Source of the DNA: Pseudomonadota bacterium
Lineage (GTDB): Bacteria; Pseudomonadota; Gammaproteobacteria; Burkholderiales; REEB80
Assembly (NCBI GenBank): GCA_018971485.1
Contig: JAGXAQ010000005.1
Coordinates: 14,882 to 78,881 of the forward strand
Length of the DNA: 64,000 bases
Reading direction: 5' to 3'
Below are positions 7,615 through 16,893 of this stretch, in pieces (the first letter of the stretch is position 1; each line of letters begins with the position of its first letter). The notes beneath the pieces were generated by a model. The model did no database searches. It was not told the DNA's origin and saw only the letters and a list, made by a program, of their open reading frames with translations. The translations under genes were made by a program, and so were the position numbers.

Positions 7615-9660
7615 TTATGCAGGCAGACGGGATTTTAGCTTGGCTGCAATTTTCTCCTGGTCACATTTGGGGCAAAAGGGGTGCTCACCGTCGAGGTAAC
7701 CATGTTTGGGGCAGATAGAAAATGTGGGCGTGATGGTGAGGTAAGGAAGACTGAACCGTTCAAGCGCGCGTTTTACCAGATTCATGCAGGCTGTTGCACT
7801 GCTGATGCGTTCGGTCATGTACAGATGCAAAACAGTTCCCCCTGTATATTTCTTTTGAAGGGCATCCTGTTTTTCCAGCGCCTCAAATGGATCGTTTGTA
7901 TATCCGACAGGCAGTTGGGATGAATTGGTGTAATAAGGCTGTTCTGCAGTTCCGGCCTGGATGATGTCAGGATAGCGTTTTTGATCTTCCTTGGCGAAGC
8001 GGTAGGTTGTTCCTTCGGCAGGCGTGGCTTCAAGGTTGTACATATGTCCAGTCTCATCCTGAAATGAAAGCATCCTTTGTCGGATGTGATCAAGACACTT
8101 CAAGGCGAATGCATATCCTGATGCAGTGGTGATGTCATCCTCACCATTGCTGAAATTACGGATCATCTCGTTGATGCCATTAACGCCCAGTGTAGAAAAA
8201 TGGTTGCGCAGGGTGCCAAGGTATCGTTGGGTGTAAGGGAATAATCCAGCATCAATATGGTGCTGGATAACCTTTCGTTTAAGTTCCAGGCTGGTTTTTC
8301 CCAGATCAAGGAGGGTATCTAGCCGATTGAACAGCCCTGTTTCATCTGCCTTGTTGAGATAGCCGAGTCGGGCGCAGTTGATGGTGACAACACCAATGGA
8401 TCCGGTTTGTTCGGCACTTCCGAACAGACCATTGCCCCGTTTGAGCAACTCCCGCAAATCCAGTTGCAGACGACAGCACATGGATCGGATCATGTTGGGT
8501 TTGAGGTCTGAATTGATGAAATTCTGGAAATAAGGTAATCCATATCTTGCTGTCATTTCAAACAAGAGTTTTGCGTTATCGCTGTCCCATGGGAAATCGG
8601 GAGTCATGTTGTAAGTGGGAATGGGAAAGGTGAAAGCCCGCCCCTTGGCATCACCTTGCATCATGACTTCAATATAGGCCCGGTTGATGAGATCCATTTC
8701 TTCCTGGAGATCGCCGTAGCAAAAAGGCATTTCCTCCCCCCCTATAACCGGGATCTGGGACTTGAGATCCTCTGGACAGGTCCAGTCAAAGGTCAGGTTC
8801 GTAAAGGGGGTTTGCGTGCCCCAGCGTGATGGAACATTCAGGTTGTAGATGAGCTCCTGGATACACTGCCTGATGTCATGATAGCTCAGCCTGTCCTTGC
8901 GGATAAATGGGGCAAGATAGGTGTCGAACGAGCTGAATGCCTGGGCGCCGGCCCATTCATTCTGCAAGGTACCCAGAAAATTCACGATCTGGCCGACAGC
9001 GCTGGAGAGATGTCTGGGAGGGCCTGCCTCGACCTTTCCTGGAACCCCGTTCAGACCTTCTGATAGCAGGATGCGAAGGGACCATCCTGCACAGTATCCA
9101 GCCAGCATATCCAGATCATGGATATGCAGATCTCCCTGGCGGTGGGCAAATCCGACTTCAGGGGGATAGACATGGTTGAGCCAGTAGTTGGCAACCATTT
9201 TTCCTGAAATATTGAGAATGAGCCCTCCTAAGCTATAACCCTGATTGGCATTGGCCTGAACCCGCCAGTCCTGTTGCTCCAGATATTCATTGATTGAGCT
9301 GGCTACTTCGACCACGGTCTTGTTGTCCTGGCGAAGTTTTTTGTGTTGTTCACGGTAGACAATGTAGGCCCGGGCGGTCTGGAAATGATTGGATGAAATC
9401 AGGATCTGTTCAACGATATCCTGAATGCTTTCAATCGGCACCGCCTGGTTCTGGAATTTATGCATCAGGATCTTGGCAAGCTGTGCTGCAAGAAATCTGG
9501 CTTCAATATCATCAAATTCATGGCTGGCCTGTCCGGCTCTTGCAATTGCCGAGATGATTTTTTCAATGTTAAAGGCCGCAGGTTTCCCGTTCCGTTTGAT
9601 GACTTCCCTGGGGAGGTGCGCAAGAGGTGAGGCGGGATTCTGATTCAAGTAATCAAACAT
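7615..9660 (-). CDS. nrdD: anaerobic (class III) ribonucleoside-triphosphate reductase, large polypeptide lacking the glycyl-radical loop
   Basis: 681-aa ORF. N-terminal ATP-cone (VIKRNGKPAAFNIEKIISAI), NrdD core, and C-terminal Zn-ribbon SICPKHGYLDGEHPFCPKC followed by only 19 residues before the stop. No RVxGY motif. Confidence 0.9.
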   Translation of the reverse strand: MFDYLNQNPASPLAHLPREVIKRNGKPAAFNIEKIISAIARAGQASHEFDDIEARFLAAQLAKILMHKFQNQAVPIESIQDIVEQILISSNHFQTARAYIVYREQHKKLRQDNKTVVEVASSINEYLEQQDWRVQANANQGYSLGGLILNISGKMVANYWLNHVYPPEVGFAHRQGDLHIHDLDMLAGYCAGWSLRILLSEGLNGVPGKVEAGPPRHLSSAVGQIVNFLGTLQNEWAGAQAFSSFDTYLAPFIRKDRLSYHDIRQCIQELIYNLNVPSRWGTQTPFTNLTFDWTCPEDLKSQIPVIGGEEMPFCYGDLQEEMDLINRAYIEVMMQGDAKGRAFTFPIPTYNMTPDFPWDSDNAKLLFEMTARYGLPYFQNFINSDLKPNMIRSMCCRLQLDLRELLKRGNGLFGSAEQTGSIGVVTINCARLGYLNKADETGLFNRLDTLLDLGKTSLELKRKVIQHHIDAGLFPYTQRYLGTLRNHFSTLGVNGINEMIRNFSNGEDDITTASGYAFALKCLDHIRQRMLSFQDETGHMYNLEATPAEGTTYRFAKEDQKRYPDIIQAGTAEQPYYTNSSQLPVGYTNDPFEALEKQDALQKKYTGGTVLHLYMTERISSATACMNLVKRALERFSLPYLTITPTFSICPKHGYLDGEHPFCPKCDQEKIAAKLKSRLPA

Positions 9661-9710
9661 GGGTGCTCTCCTGAGAGAATGAGTGAGTTTTTAGCAAAAA
9701 AAGTAAATAA

Positions 9711-9757
9711 GCACAAAATGTGGTGTTTGTTTTTTTTATAAATACACGATGTAGTGT
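9711..9757. promoter_or_regulatory. tandem NrdR-box-like sites upstream of nrdD
   Basis: GCACAAAATGTGGTGT (9711-9726) and ATACACGATGTAGTGT (9742-9757). They match 12/16 and 11/16 of the published acaCwAtATaTwGtgt consensus. Centres are 31 bp apart. Confidence 0.5.
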
Positions 9758-9983
9758 TTAAGTCAATCGTCTGACATAAGCCGGATTGAACGTGGCCAAG
9801 CCTTGGGCTGGAAAGGAAAAAATGAAACCAGGGCAGATGAATAATTATAAAGTTTAATATATTCATATTGTTATGATAAAACAATCAGTTGTCTTTACCT
9901 GCCCGTTCTGTGGGATAAGTGAAGAAATGCCCTGGATTGGGCTAATCAGATGAATTGTCTGGAAGAAAAAAAGTGAGGGTTTG

Positions 9984-9997
9984 GTGATCTGAATCAC
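9984..9997. promoter_or_regulatory. FNR/CRP-family box in the nrdD-ubiU divergent region
   Basis: Perfect palindrome GTGATctgaATCAC. Confidence 0.5.
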
Positions 9998-10221
9998 GGA
10001 AATAAAAGAGCTTTCTGCAAGGTATCCTGATTCAACCGAATGGAAATAATCGAAGAAGAGTGAATCCGATCGTAACCTGTCATTTTGCTGAGATAGCGCA
10101 CATTTTTATCCGGAAGTGTGTGTTACCTTTTTTTCCTTGCTTGGGTAAAAGCGATTCGTTCATGTGTTACGTCACGTTGGTAGCTATCCGTTTTTTATAG
10201 AAAAAAGGGGAACACAGGCTC

Positions 10222-11253
10222 ATGATATTAGCATCAGGCCAAACTTCAGGCCGGATCCTTGAACTGGTCTGTCCAGCAGGCAGCATGCGTGCCTTGACCG
10301 CCGCATTCGAGGCAGGAGCAGATTGTGTTTATGTGGGGTTGAAAGGGCAGACCAATGCACGAAACTTTGCAGGCCTTAACTTTGATGAAAAGACATTGGC
10401 CCAGGCCACACAATATGCCCATCAATTGGGAAAGAAGGTTTATGTAGCCATTAATACCTATGCCCGGCAGCGTCACCTGGATGTATGGTATCGGGCCATT
10501 GATATGGCGCATGATGCCGGGGCTGATGCCTTGATTATGGCTGATATAACCTTACTGGATTATGCCCGGAAACAGTACCCCGGCCTGCGGCGCCATCTTT
10601 CGGTTCAGGGTGCGGCGACGAACCCTGAAGCGCTTCGCTTTTATCAGGAACAGTATGGGATCGTGCGGGCAGTTCTGCCTCGCGTGCTCTCCATTGAACA
10701 GGTAGAGCAGTTGATGGAGCATAGTCCTGTTGAAATTGAGCTATTTGGTTTTGGCAGTTTGTGTGTGATGCTTGAGGGCCACTGTGCGCTTTCTTCCTAC
10801 GCTGCCGGCGAGGCTCCCAACCTGCAGGGTGTCTGTTCACCTGCCAAGGCTGTTCGTTGGAAGACGACCCATGAAGGACTTGAATCCAGACTGAATGGCG
10901 TGCTGGTTGACAGGTTTGGTGAGAGTGAAAGTGCAGGCTACCCTACTATCTGTAAGGGGCGTTTCCGGGTTGGGGAGGACATGTATTACGCTATCGAGGA
11001 GCCAACCAGCCTTAACGTGCTTGCCCTTTTACCCAAAATCCTGCAATTGGGTATTTCCGCCATCAAGATAGAAGGCCGGCAGCGCAGTCCTGCATACGTG
11101 GCCCAGGTGACTCAAGTCTGGCGGCAGGCAATTGATCGGTGTCGACAGGCCCCGGGCAGTTATCGGGTTCTGCCTTTATGGAAAAATGAACTGGATAAGG
11201 TAGCAGAAGGGAATCAGCATACATTTGGCGCATATAGCCGCCCCTGGAAGTAG
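10222..11253 (+). CDS. ubiU: U32-family Fe-S protein UbiU (O2-independent ubiquinone hydroxylation)
   Basis: 343 aa. Collinear by eye with E. coli UbiU/YhbU (LELVCPAGS, GFGSLCVMLEGHCALSSY, GVCSPAK, GYPTICKGR, KIEGRQRSPAYV). Four Cys ligands present. Confidence 0.85.
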   Translation: MILASGQTSGRILELVCPAGSMRALTAAFEAGADCVYVGLKGQTNARNFAGLNFDEKTLAQATQYAHQLGKKVYVAINTYARQRHLDVWYRAIDMAHDAGADALIMADITLLDYARKQYPGLRRHLSVQGAATNPEALRFYQEQYGIVRAVLPRVLSIEQVEQLMEHSPVEIELFGFGSLCVMLEGHCALSSYAAGEAPNLQGVCSPAKAVRWKTTHEGLESRLNGVLVDRFGESESAGYPTICKGRFRVGEDMYYAIEEPTSLNVLALLPKILQLGISAIKIEGRQRSPAYVAQVTQVWRQAIDRCRQAPGSYRVLPLWKNELDKVAEGNQHTFGAYSRPWK

Positions 11254-11262
11254 GAGAGCAAG

Positions 11263-12204
11263 ATGGATGTTTCGGAAGTTGGACAGCTGGGTGTGCCCCG
11301 GCTTGCATTGGGCCCGCTTTATTACTATTGGCCGCGAAAGAAAGTTTTGGATTTTTATGCCGAAATGGCAAAAAGCCCGGTAGGGATTATTTACCTCGGA
11401 GAGGTGGTTTGCTCAAGACGGCATGAGCTCAGGTTGTCTGACTGGCTGGATTTGGCTCAGGATCTGAAGGCGGCCGGGAAAGAGGTTGTTTTGTCGACCC
11501 CTGTTCTGATTGAGTCACCTTCTGATTTGAAAGCCATGTGCAAGGTTGCGGAAAACGGTGAGTTTGATGTTGAGGTGAATGACATGGGTGCCTTGCAAAA
11601 ATGTATCGGCGAGGTTGGTTTCGTGGCAGGGCCCCATCTGAATCTATACAATGCAGGCAGTCTGGACATGGTTACGAGACTTGGGGCAAAGCGCTGGGTG
11701 ATGCCAATAGAGTATTCCCGGGAAGCACTCATGGAACTCCTGTCGCAACTGGTTTATCCGATAGAAACGGAAGTATTTGTTTTAGGTCGCTTACCTCTTG
11801 CCTACTCAGCGCGGTGTTTTACTGCGCGCTACCATAACCTATCCCGTGACAAATGTGAATTTCGCTGTATTGATGATCCGGATGGTTTGTTGCTTCAAAC
11901 CCGTGAGGATCAGCCCTTTCTTACCATAAACGGGACACAGACCCAGTCGGCACGAACGTATTGCCTGATTGACCAGATGGATGCCTTGAAAGCAGGCCAG
12001 GTATCCGTCCTTAGATTAAGCCCCCAGTCAAGATATATGAATGAGATTATTGAAACATTTGATGCCTGCTCTCATGGTCTGATAGAAGGGCTTTCGGCCC
12101 GGGCCCTGATGGAAAAATGGATGCCCGTTTCCTCCTGTGATGGTTATTGGCATGGGCAACCAGGTATGGATGCCTGGCGCTTGAAGGAAGAAGAGTGGCA
12201 GTAA
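11263..12204 (+). CDS. ubiV: U32-family Fe-S protein UbiV
   Basis: 313 aa. [36 protein letters not shown] and CDGYWHG resemble E. coli UbiV/YhbV. AGGAG Shine-Dalgarno 6 nt upstream. Confidence 0.85.
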   Translation: MDVSEVGQLGVPRLALGPLYYYWPRKKVLDFYAEMAKSPVGIIYLGEVVCSRRHELRLSDWLDLAQDLKAAGKEVVLSTPVLIESPSDLKAMCKVAENGEFDVEVNDMGALQKCIGEVGFVAGPHLNLYNAGSLDMVTRLGAKRWVMPIEYSREALMELLSQLVYPIETEVFVLGRLPLAYSARCFTARYHNLSRDKCEFRCIDDPDGLLLQTREDQPFLTINGTQTQSARTYCLIDQMDALKAGQVSVLRLSPQSRYMNEIIETFDACSHGLIEGLSARALMEKWMPVSSCDGYWHGQPGMDAWRLKEEEWQ

Positions 12205-12248
12205 ATCCGTCTGCTGACAGAAAACAAAAAGGGCTTCTGGCCAGGATC

Positions 12249-12620
12249 ATGTCCAGTTTGCCCCAATGGCCCCCTTCGAGGGTGTTTGTAATGGTCTTGA
12301 ATTTTGCTTTTCAGCGGTGCTCAAACGGGGTCGATTTGGCCGGGCTGGAAGGTCATGTGTTCCAGATTCAGGTGGTGGATTTAGGTTTTAAACTGACTTT
12401 TGAGCGGACTCAGAAGTGTTTTGCAGCTGCAGGGCATCATCGTATCCCAGATCTGGTGATTAGCGCTGCATCCCGTGACTTCTGGTCCCTCATTCAGGGC
12501 AGGGAAGATCCGGATACCCTGTTTTTTAACCGAAAACTGTTAATTGAAGGGGATACCGAGCTGGGCCTTTTAGCCAAGAATATCATTGAGTCGATAAGTT
12601 GGCCCTCATTGAAATATTAG
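12249..12620 (+). CDS. ubiT: SCP2-domain lipid-binding protein UbiT
   Basis: EDPDTLFFNRKLLIEGDTELGLLAKNI closely matches the E. coli UbiT/YhbT core QDPDTLFFQRRLVIEGDTELGL. Start placed at ATG 12249. An upstream GTG at 12195 overlapping ubiV is possible. Confidence 0.8.
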   Translation: MSSLPQWPPSRVFVMVLNFAFQRCSNGVDLAGLEGHVFQIQVVDLGFKLTFERTQKCFAAAGHHRIPDLVISAASRDFWSLIQGREDPDTLFFNRKLLIEGDTELGLLAKNIIESISWPSLKY

Positions 12621-12748
12621 GTGTTTTGGATACTCAAAACATCACCTTCCGGAGCAGGTGAGAACGTCTGTCAGGTGGACGGGTGTGTGCTGGATCCGGA
12701 TTTTTGGTTATTGATATTTTTGATCAATCCAGTTCTTTTCTAAAAAAC

Positions 12749-12762
12749 GTGATCCAGGTCAC
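12749..12762 (+). promoter_or_regulatory. FNR/CRP-family box with class-II spacing to a -10 hexamer
   Basis: GTGATccagGTCAC. TAAAAT at 12784-12789 starts 28.5 bp from the box centre. ATG of the downstream gene is at 12837. Confidence 0.55.
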
Positions 12763-12836
12763 GAGGTCTGGATTTTATCGTCTTAAAATAGGCTGATATG
12801 TCATGATTTGGCTTGGCCAATAAAAGGATAGGGACT

Positions 12837-14045
12837 ATGGATCAGCCCCAAGTGTCACTGCGTGGAGCATTCCCTCAGGGGCTAGCCCATTTTAAGCTGC
12901 GTTCCAAAACCCTGCTCCCGATCGTTCAGGGGGGGATGGGAGTCGGTATTTCTGCGCATAACCTGGCAGGCCATGTCGCAAGCCTTGGAGCGATGGGGAC
13001 AATTTCAAGCATTGACTTAAGACGTTTGCATCCGGATCTGATGGAACAAACCGGACGGTGCAGGAATCGGGATCTGATTGAATCGGCCAATCTGGTGGCA
13101 TTGGACCGGGAAATTCAGGCTGCAAAGAAGATTGCCGGAGGAAACGGATTTATTGCAGTCAATGTAATGCGGGCGGTCAGCCAGTATCGGGATTATGTCA
13201 GGCAATCTTGCATCAGCGGAGCCGATGCGATTGTCATGGGTGCAGGTTTACCCCTGGAATTGCCAGAACTGGCCCAGGATTGGCCGGAAGTCGCCTTGAT
13301 CCCCATCCTGTCAGACTCAAGAGGAATTGCTATCCTGTTAAAAAAATGGATGCGAAAAAACCGGCTGCCGGATGCGATTGTCATTGAACATCCAGGGTAT
13401 GCTGGAGGTCATCTGGGTTCACCTCAGCTTGAGAACCTGGATGATCCGCGTTTTGCATTCGAGAGGGTTCTGGATGAGACTCAATCCAGATTCCAGGAAA
13501 TGGGATTAGCTGTCGATAGTATTCCGCTCATTGTCGCAGGAGGAATCCATTCCCATGAACAGATCCGTTCTTTTCAGGAGATGGGTGCTGCTGGCGTTCA
13601 GATTGGTACTGCCTTTGCTGTGACGGCGGAAGGGGATGCACATCCCCTGTTCAAGAAAGTATTGGCAGAAGCCAAACCTGAAGATATTGTGACATTCATG
13701 AGTGTGGCCGGGCTACCGGCAAGGGCTGTATTGACCCCATGGCTCGAAAATTACTTACGGCGGGAACAAAAACTAAAGAAACTGGCTCACCCTTTACGTG
13801 GACGGTGCACACTAGGCTGGGATTGCCTCATTCAATGTGGTTTGCGGGATGGAGATGCAAAATCAGGCCAGTTTTGCATTGACCATCAACTGGCTGCCGC
13901 CTTAAAAGGTGATCTGCAGAAAGGTCTCTTTTTCCGGGGCTCTGAACAGTTGCCTTTTGGGCCAGCCATTCGAAAGGTAGCTGAATTGATGTCATATCTA
14001 TTGACAGGAATCGAACCTGCCTGTGCTGAAAGTGATCCTGCCTGA
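12837..14045 (+). CDS. NMO-family (nitronate monooxygenase / FMN-dependent) oxidoreductase with Cys-rich C-terminal segment
   Basis: 402 aa from ATG 12837 (AAGGA Shine-Dalgarno). LPIVQGGMGVGIS FMN-barrel motif and VAGGIHSHEQ. C-terminal CTLGWDCLIQCGLRDG...FCID. Confidence 0.8.
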   Translation: MDQPQVSLRGAFPQGLAHFKLRSKTLLPIVQGGMGVGISAHNLAGHVASLGAMGTISSIDLRRLHPDLMEQTGRCRNRDLIESANLVALDREIQAAKKIAGGNGFIAVNVMRAVSQYRDYVRQSCISGADAIVMGAGLPLELPELAQDWPEVALIPILSDSRGIAILLKKWMRKNRLPDAIVIEHPGYAGGHLGSPQLENLDDPRFAFERVLDETQSRFQEMGLAVDSIPLIVAGGIHSHEQIRSFQEMGAAGVQIGTAFAVTAEGDAHPLFKKVLAEAKPEDIVTFMSVAGLPARAVLTPWLENYLRREQKLKKLAHPLRGRCTLGWDCLIQCGLRDGDAKSGQFCIDHQLAAALKGDLQKGLFFRGSEQLPFGPAIRKVAELMSYLLTGIEPACAESDPA

Positions 14046-14334
14046 CAACCCCATGGTCTTCGGGTCGGTCAGGATGAAAGAGCCCCTCTTGAAGGGAGGC
14101 CAGCATCTTCAGGATCACGCAACCCTTCAGTTCTAATCTGTTTTAACTGGATTATCCTATTGTTAACTCATTATGCCAGATTGAATGTGAGGCATGAAAA
14201 GGAACCGTTTTGCGTTTTGTTCGGGAAAGGGCGGACAAGAGGTTTCAGGTCTGGATGGGTATGGTTTTCTCAAATGGAAGGGATATCAGGACATAAAAAA
14301 TGATACGTCTCTTTTTCAGGTTATAGCCCATCTT

Positions 14335-14348
14335 GTGATCTAGGTCAA
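14335..14348 (+). promoter_or_regulatory. FNR/CRP-family box of the hemN promoter
   Basis: GTGATctagGTCAA. TAGAAT at 14371-14376 starts 29.5 bp from the box centre, which is class-II geometry. Confidence 0.6.
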
Positions 14349-14414
14349 AATAGACCTGCTAGAGCGCATTTAGAATACGAAGCACTATCAAGATAATGTG
14401 TGGACAAGGGTGCG

Positions 14415-15791
14415 ATGATTTTAGCTCAGGAACTAATTGCGCGGTATGACTTGAATGGCCCAAGATATACCTCTTATCCGAGCGCGGATCACTTCTCGGG
14501 TAACTGGTCCGAGAAGGACTACCAGTTCGAGCTGCAGCAGCGGGCAGAGCATCGCCGTGATGATCCCCTCTCTATTTATATCCATATCCCCTTTTGTGAA
14601 AATATTTGTTACTACTGTGCGTGTAACAAGATTATTACGAAGGATCATCGGCGCTCGGCCCAGTACGTCACGAGCCTTATCCAGGAAATGGATCAGGTGA
14701 TTGAACAACTCGGTCATCCATCCTGCCTGCTGCAGCAGATTCATTTGGGAGGAGGCACCCCTACTTTTCTGAGCGATGAGGAATTAGGGCGCATCATGAC
14801 TGCCCTGAAGGAGCGCTTCCAGTTTTCCAGTCAGGGTGAATATTCAATTGAAATTGATCCTCGGCATGCCAGAACAGGCACGATAGCGTATTTGCGTCAA
14901 ATTGGATTTAATCGCATGAGTCTTGGGGTCCAGGATTTTGATGAGAAGGTTCAGCAGGCCGTGCATCGTGTACAGCCAGTACAGATGACCCTTTCTGTAC
15001 TTGAAGAAGCCAGGGCCCAGGGGTTTACCTCCATTAACATGGATCTGATTTATGGGCTGCCCTTTCAGACCCTGGACAGTTTTTCCCGGACGCTGGCACG
15101 GGTGATTGAGGCCCATCCGGATCGAATAGCCCTTTATAACTATGCCCATCTGCCCCACGCCTTTGCGCCTCAACGGCGCATAGATGAGGCAACTCTTCCG
15201 CCAGGCCAGTTGAAAATAGAGCTGCTCGCCATGGCTGTTCAAACACTTACTGATGCCGGTTATCTTTATATTGGCATGGATCATTTCGCCCTGCCTCAGG
15301 ATGAACTGGCCCGGGCTCAATCCGAGAAAAGGCTTGAGCGGAACTTTCAGGGGTATTCCATATATCCCCAGTTTGATCTGATTGGGCTTGGAGTCTCTGC
15401 AATCGGCAAGGTTGGCAGGGCTTATGTACAAAACGTAAAAACACTTGAGGCCTATTATGACCGTCTGGATCAGGGCAGACTGGCAACCTATCGTGGATTC
15501 AGGCTCACGTTCGATGATTTGCTCAGAAGAAAGGTGATTCAATCCCTGATGTGTAATTTTGAGCTGGAAATGATTCGTGTGGATGAAGAGTTTGGGATTG
15601 ATTTCGAAGCTTACTTTGAGCCGGAATTGAACCGGATGCAGGAATTTTTAGACGCAGGATTCCTCAAGATAGCTAACCGGATGATTACAGTCGCCACCCT
15701 CGGCCGTTATTTTATTCGTCCTATCTGCATGCTTTTTGATGTTTATCTTGAGAAAAAACGGGACAAGCCTCTTTATTCCAGAACGATTTAA
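14415..15791 (+). CDS. hemN: oxygen-independent coproporphyrinogen III oxidase (radical SAM)
   Basis: LNGPRYTSYPSADHF, radical-SAM cluster FCENICYYCAC, and GGGTPTFL. 458 aa from ATG 14415. A GTG at 14400 is the alternative start. Confidence 0.9.
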   Translation: MILAQELIARYDLNGPRYTSYPSADHFSGNWSEKDYQFELQQRAEHRRDDPLSIYIHIPFCENICYYCACNKIITKDHRRSAQYVTSLIQEMDQVIEQLGHPSCLLQQIHLGGGTPTFLSDEELGRIMTALKERFQFSSQGEYSIEIDPRHARTGTIAYLRQIGFNRMSLGVQDFDEKVQQAVHRVQPVQMTLSVLEEARAQGFTSINMDLIYGLPFQTLDSFSRTLARVIEAHPDRIALYNYAHLPHAFAPQRRIDEATLPPGQLKIELLAMAVQTLTDAGYLYIGMDHFALPQDELARAQSEKRLERNFQGYSIYPQFDLIGLGVSAIGKVGRAYVQNVKTLEAYYDRLDQGRLATYRGFRLTFDDLLRRKVIQSLMCNFELEMIRVDEEFGIDFEAYFEPELNRMQEFLDAGFLKIANRMITVATLGRYFIRPICMLFDVYLEKKRDKPLYSRTI

Positions 15792-15850
15792 TGGGCAGGG
15801 CTCTTATCTGTTGATAAAAAGGAATGAACACAATTGGAGAATGAATCACC

Positions 15851-16594
15851 ATGATCAACCCTAAAAGTAAATCGCACCAGATACCTGCCCTCGGAAAGAT
15901 TCGGTGTGATGAATGTCCTATCCAGAATGTGTGTTTTCCCAAGGAACTGAGCCCGGAAGAACTGAAAGAAATTGGATCGGTAAGCGTGAAGCACCGGATT
16001 GTGCATGAAGGGGATTACCTGTTTCATGCTGGGGAAAAATGCCATGCCTTTTATGTGGTGCATAGTGGTTTTTTTAAGTCCATTAAACGATTTTATAATG
16101 GCTATGAACAGGTTATCGGATTTCAGATGAATAGTGACGTCATAGGAATGGATGGGATGGCCTCCAATCTGCATTCAACTGATGTGGTGGCCTTGGAAAC
16201 GTCCGAGGTTTGCCTGATTGATCCGGCCTCGATTGACTCCGTCCCCACGCTGAAAAAACTGCATCGCCATTTTGATCAGGTATTTAGCCGGGAAATTATC
16301 CGCCTGCAGAATATGGCCCTGTTGCTAGGAGGGATGAATGCCCATCAAAAGATGGCTGCATTCCTGATTAATCTTTCGAAACGGTTTGAACGGCTTAATT
16401 ATTCCCGAAACGAGTTTTATTTGCGCATGACCCGGGTTGAACTTGCCAGTTATCTTGGGTTGACCAATGCAACCATTTCCAGAACACTGACTGTTTTCAA
16501 GACAATGGGTCTTATTAAGACGAATGGTCGCAAGATTGTGATTTCTGATTATGAAAAACTGCTCTCCATTATTCTGGATACCCATTTGGGCTAG
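15851..16594 (+). CDS. fnr: FNR-type O2-sensing Crp/Fnr-family regulator
   Basis: 247 aa. N-terminal Cys cluster RCDECPIQNVC (C-x2-C-x5-C, as in E. coli FNR C20/C23/C29) plus SEVCLI (C122-like). C-terminal HTH is YLGLTNATISRTL. Confidence 0.9.
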   Translation: MINPKSKSHQIPALGKIRCDECPIQNVCFPKELSPEELKEIGSVSVKHRIVHEGDYLFHAGEKCHAFYVVHSGFFKSIKRFYNGYEQVIGFQMNSDVIGMDGMASNLHSTDVVALETSEVCLIDPASIDSVPTLKKLHRHFDQVFSREIIRLQNMALLLGGMNAHQKMAAFLINLSKRFERLNYSRNEFYLRMTRVELASYLGLTNATISRTLTVFKTMGLIKTNGRKIVISDYEKLLSIILDTHLG

Positions 16595-16695
16595 GCACCA
16601 GGAATGATGGATTTCCCCTAGCGCCTGTTTCTTTCCTGATAAAAGGGATCGTGCTGTCATGTCTCTTGGAAGATGTTCAATAATTTCGCTCTGCA

Positions 16696-16709
16696 GTGAT
16701 TTAGCTCAC
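16696..16709 (+). promoter_or_regulatory. FNR/CRP-family box upstream of the radical-SAM/SPASM gene
   Basis: GTGATttagCTCAC. TACAAT at 16731-16736 starts 28.5 bp from the box centre. Confidence 0.55.
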
Positions 16710-16893
16710 TCTTCTTGTTCTAACAGTCCTTACAATAAGATGCAGCTTACATTCAATTTTTAAAAGCCCTTTCTGAACCCGGGGCCTGCCCTGATTTCTT
16801 TGACAGGGGTAGTTGCCGGGTTATCAGGCTTGAGTGCCAAGAATTGGCTATCCTTTTAAATCAAAACTATATGGCTGCAGGAATGTGGATAAA

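Noticed and set aside
14194-14343. A 49-codon ORF (MKRNRFAFCSGKGG...) in the NMO-hemN intergenic region.
   Set aside because: The Shine-Dalgarno spacing is poor, there are no motifs, and its stop lies inside the hemN FNR-type box. It is probably non-coding promoter DNA.
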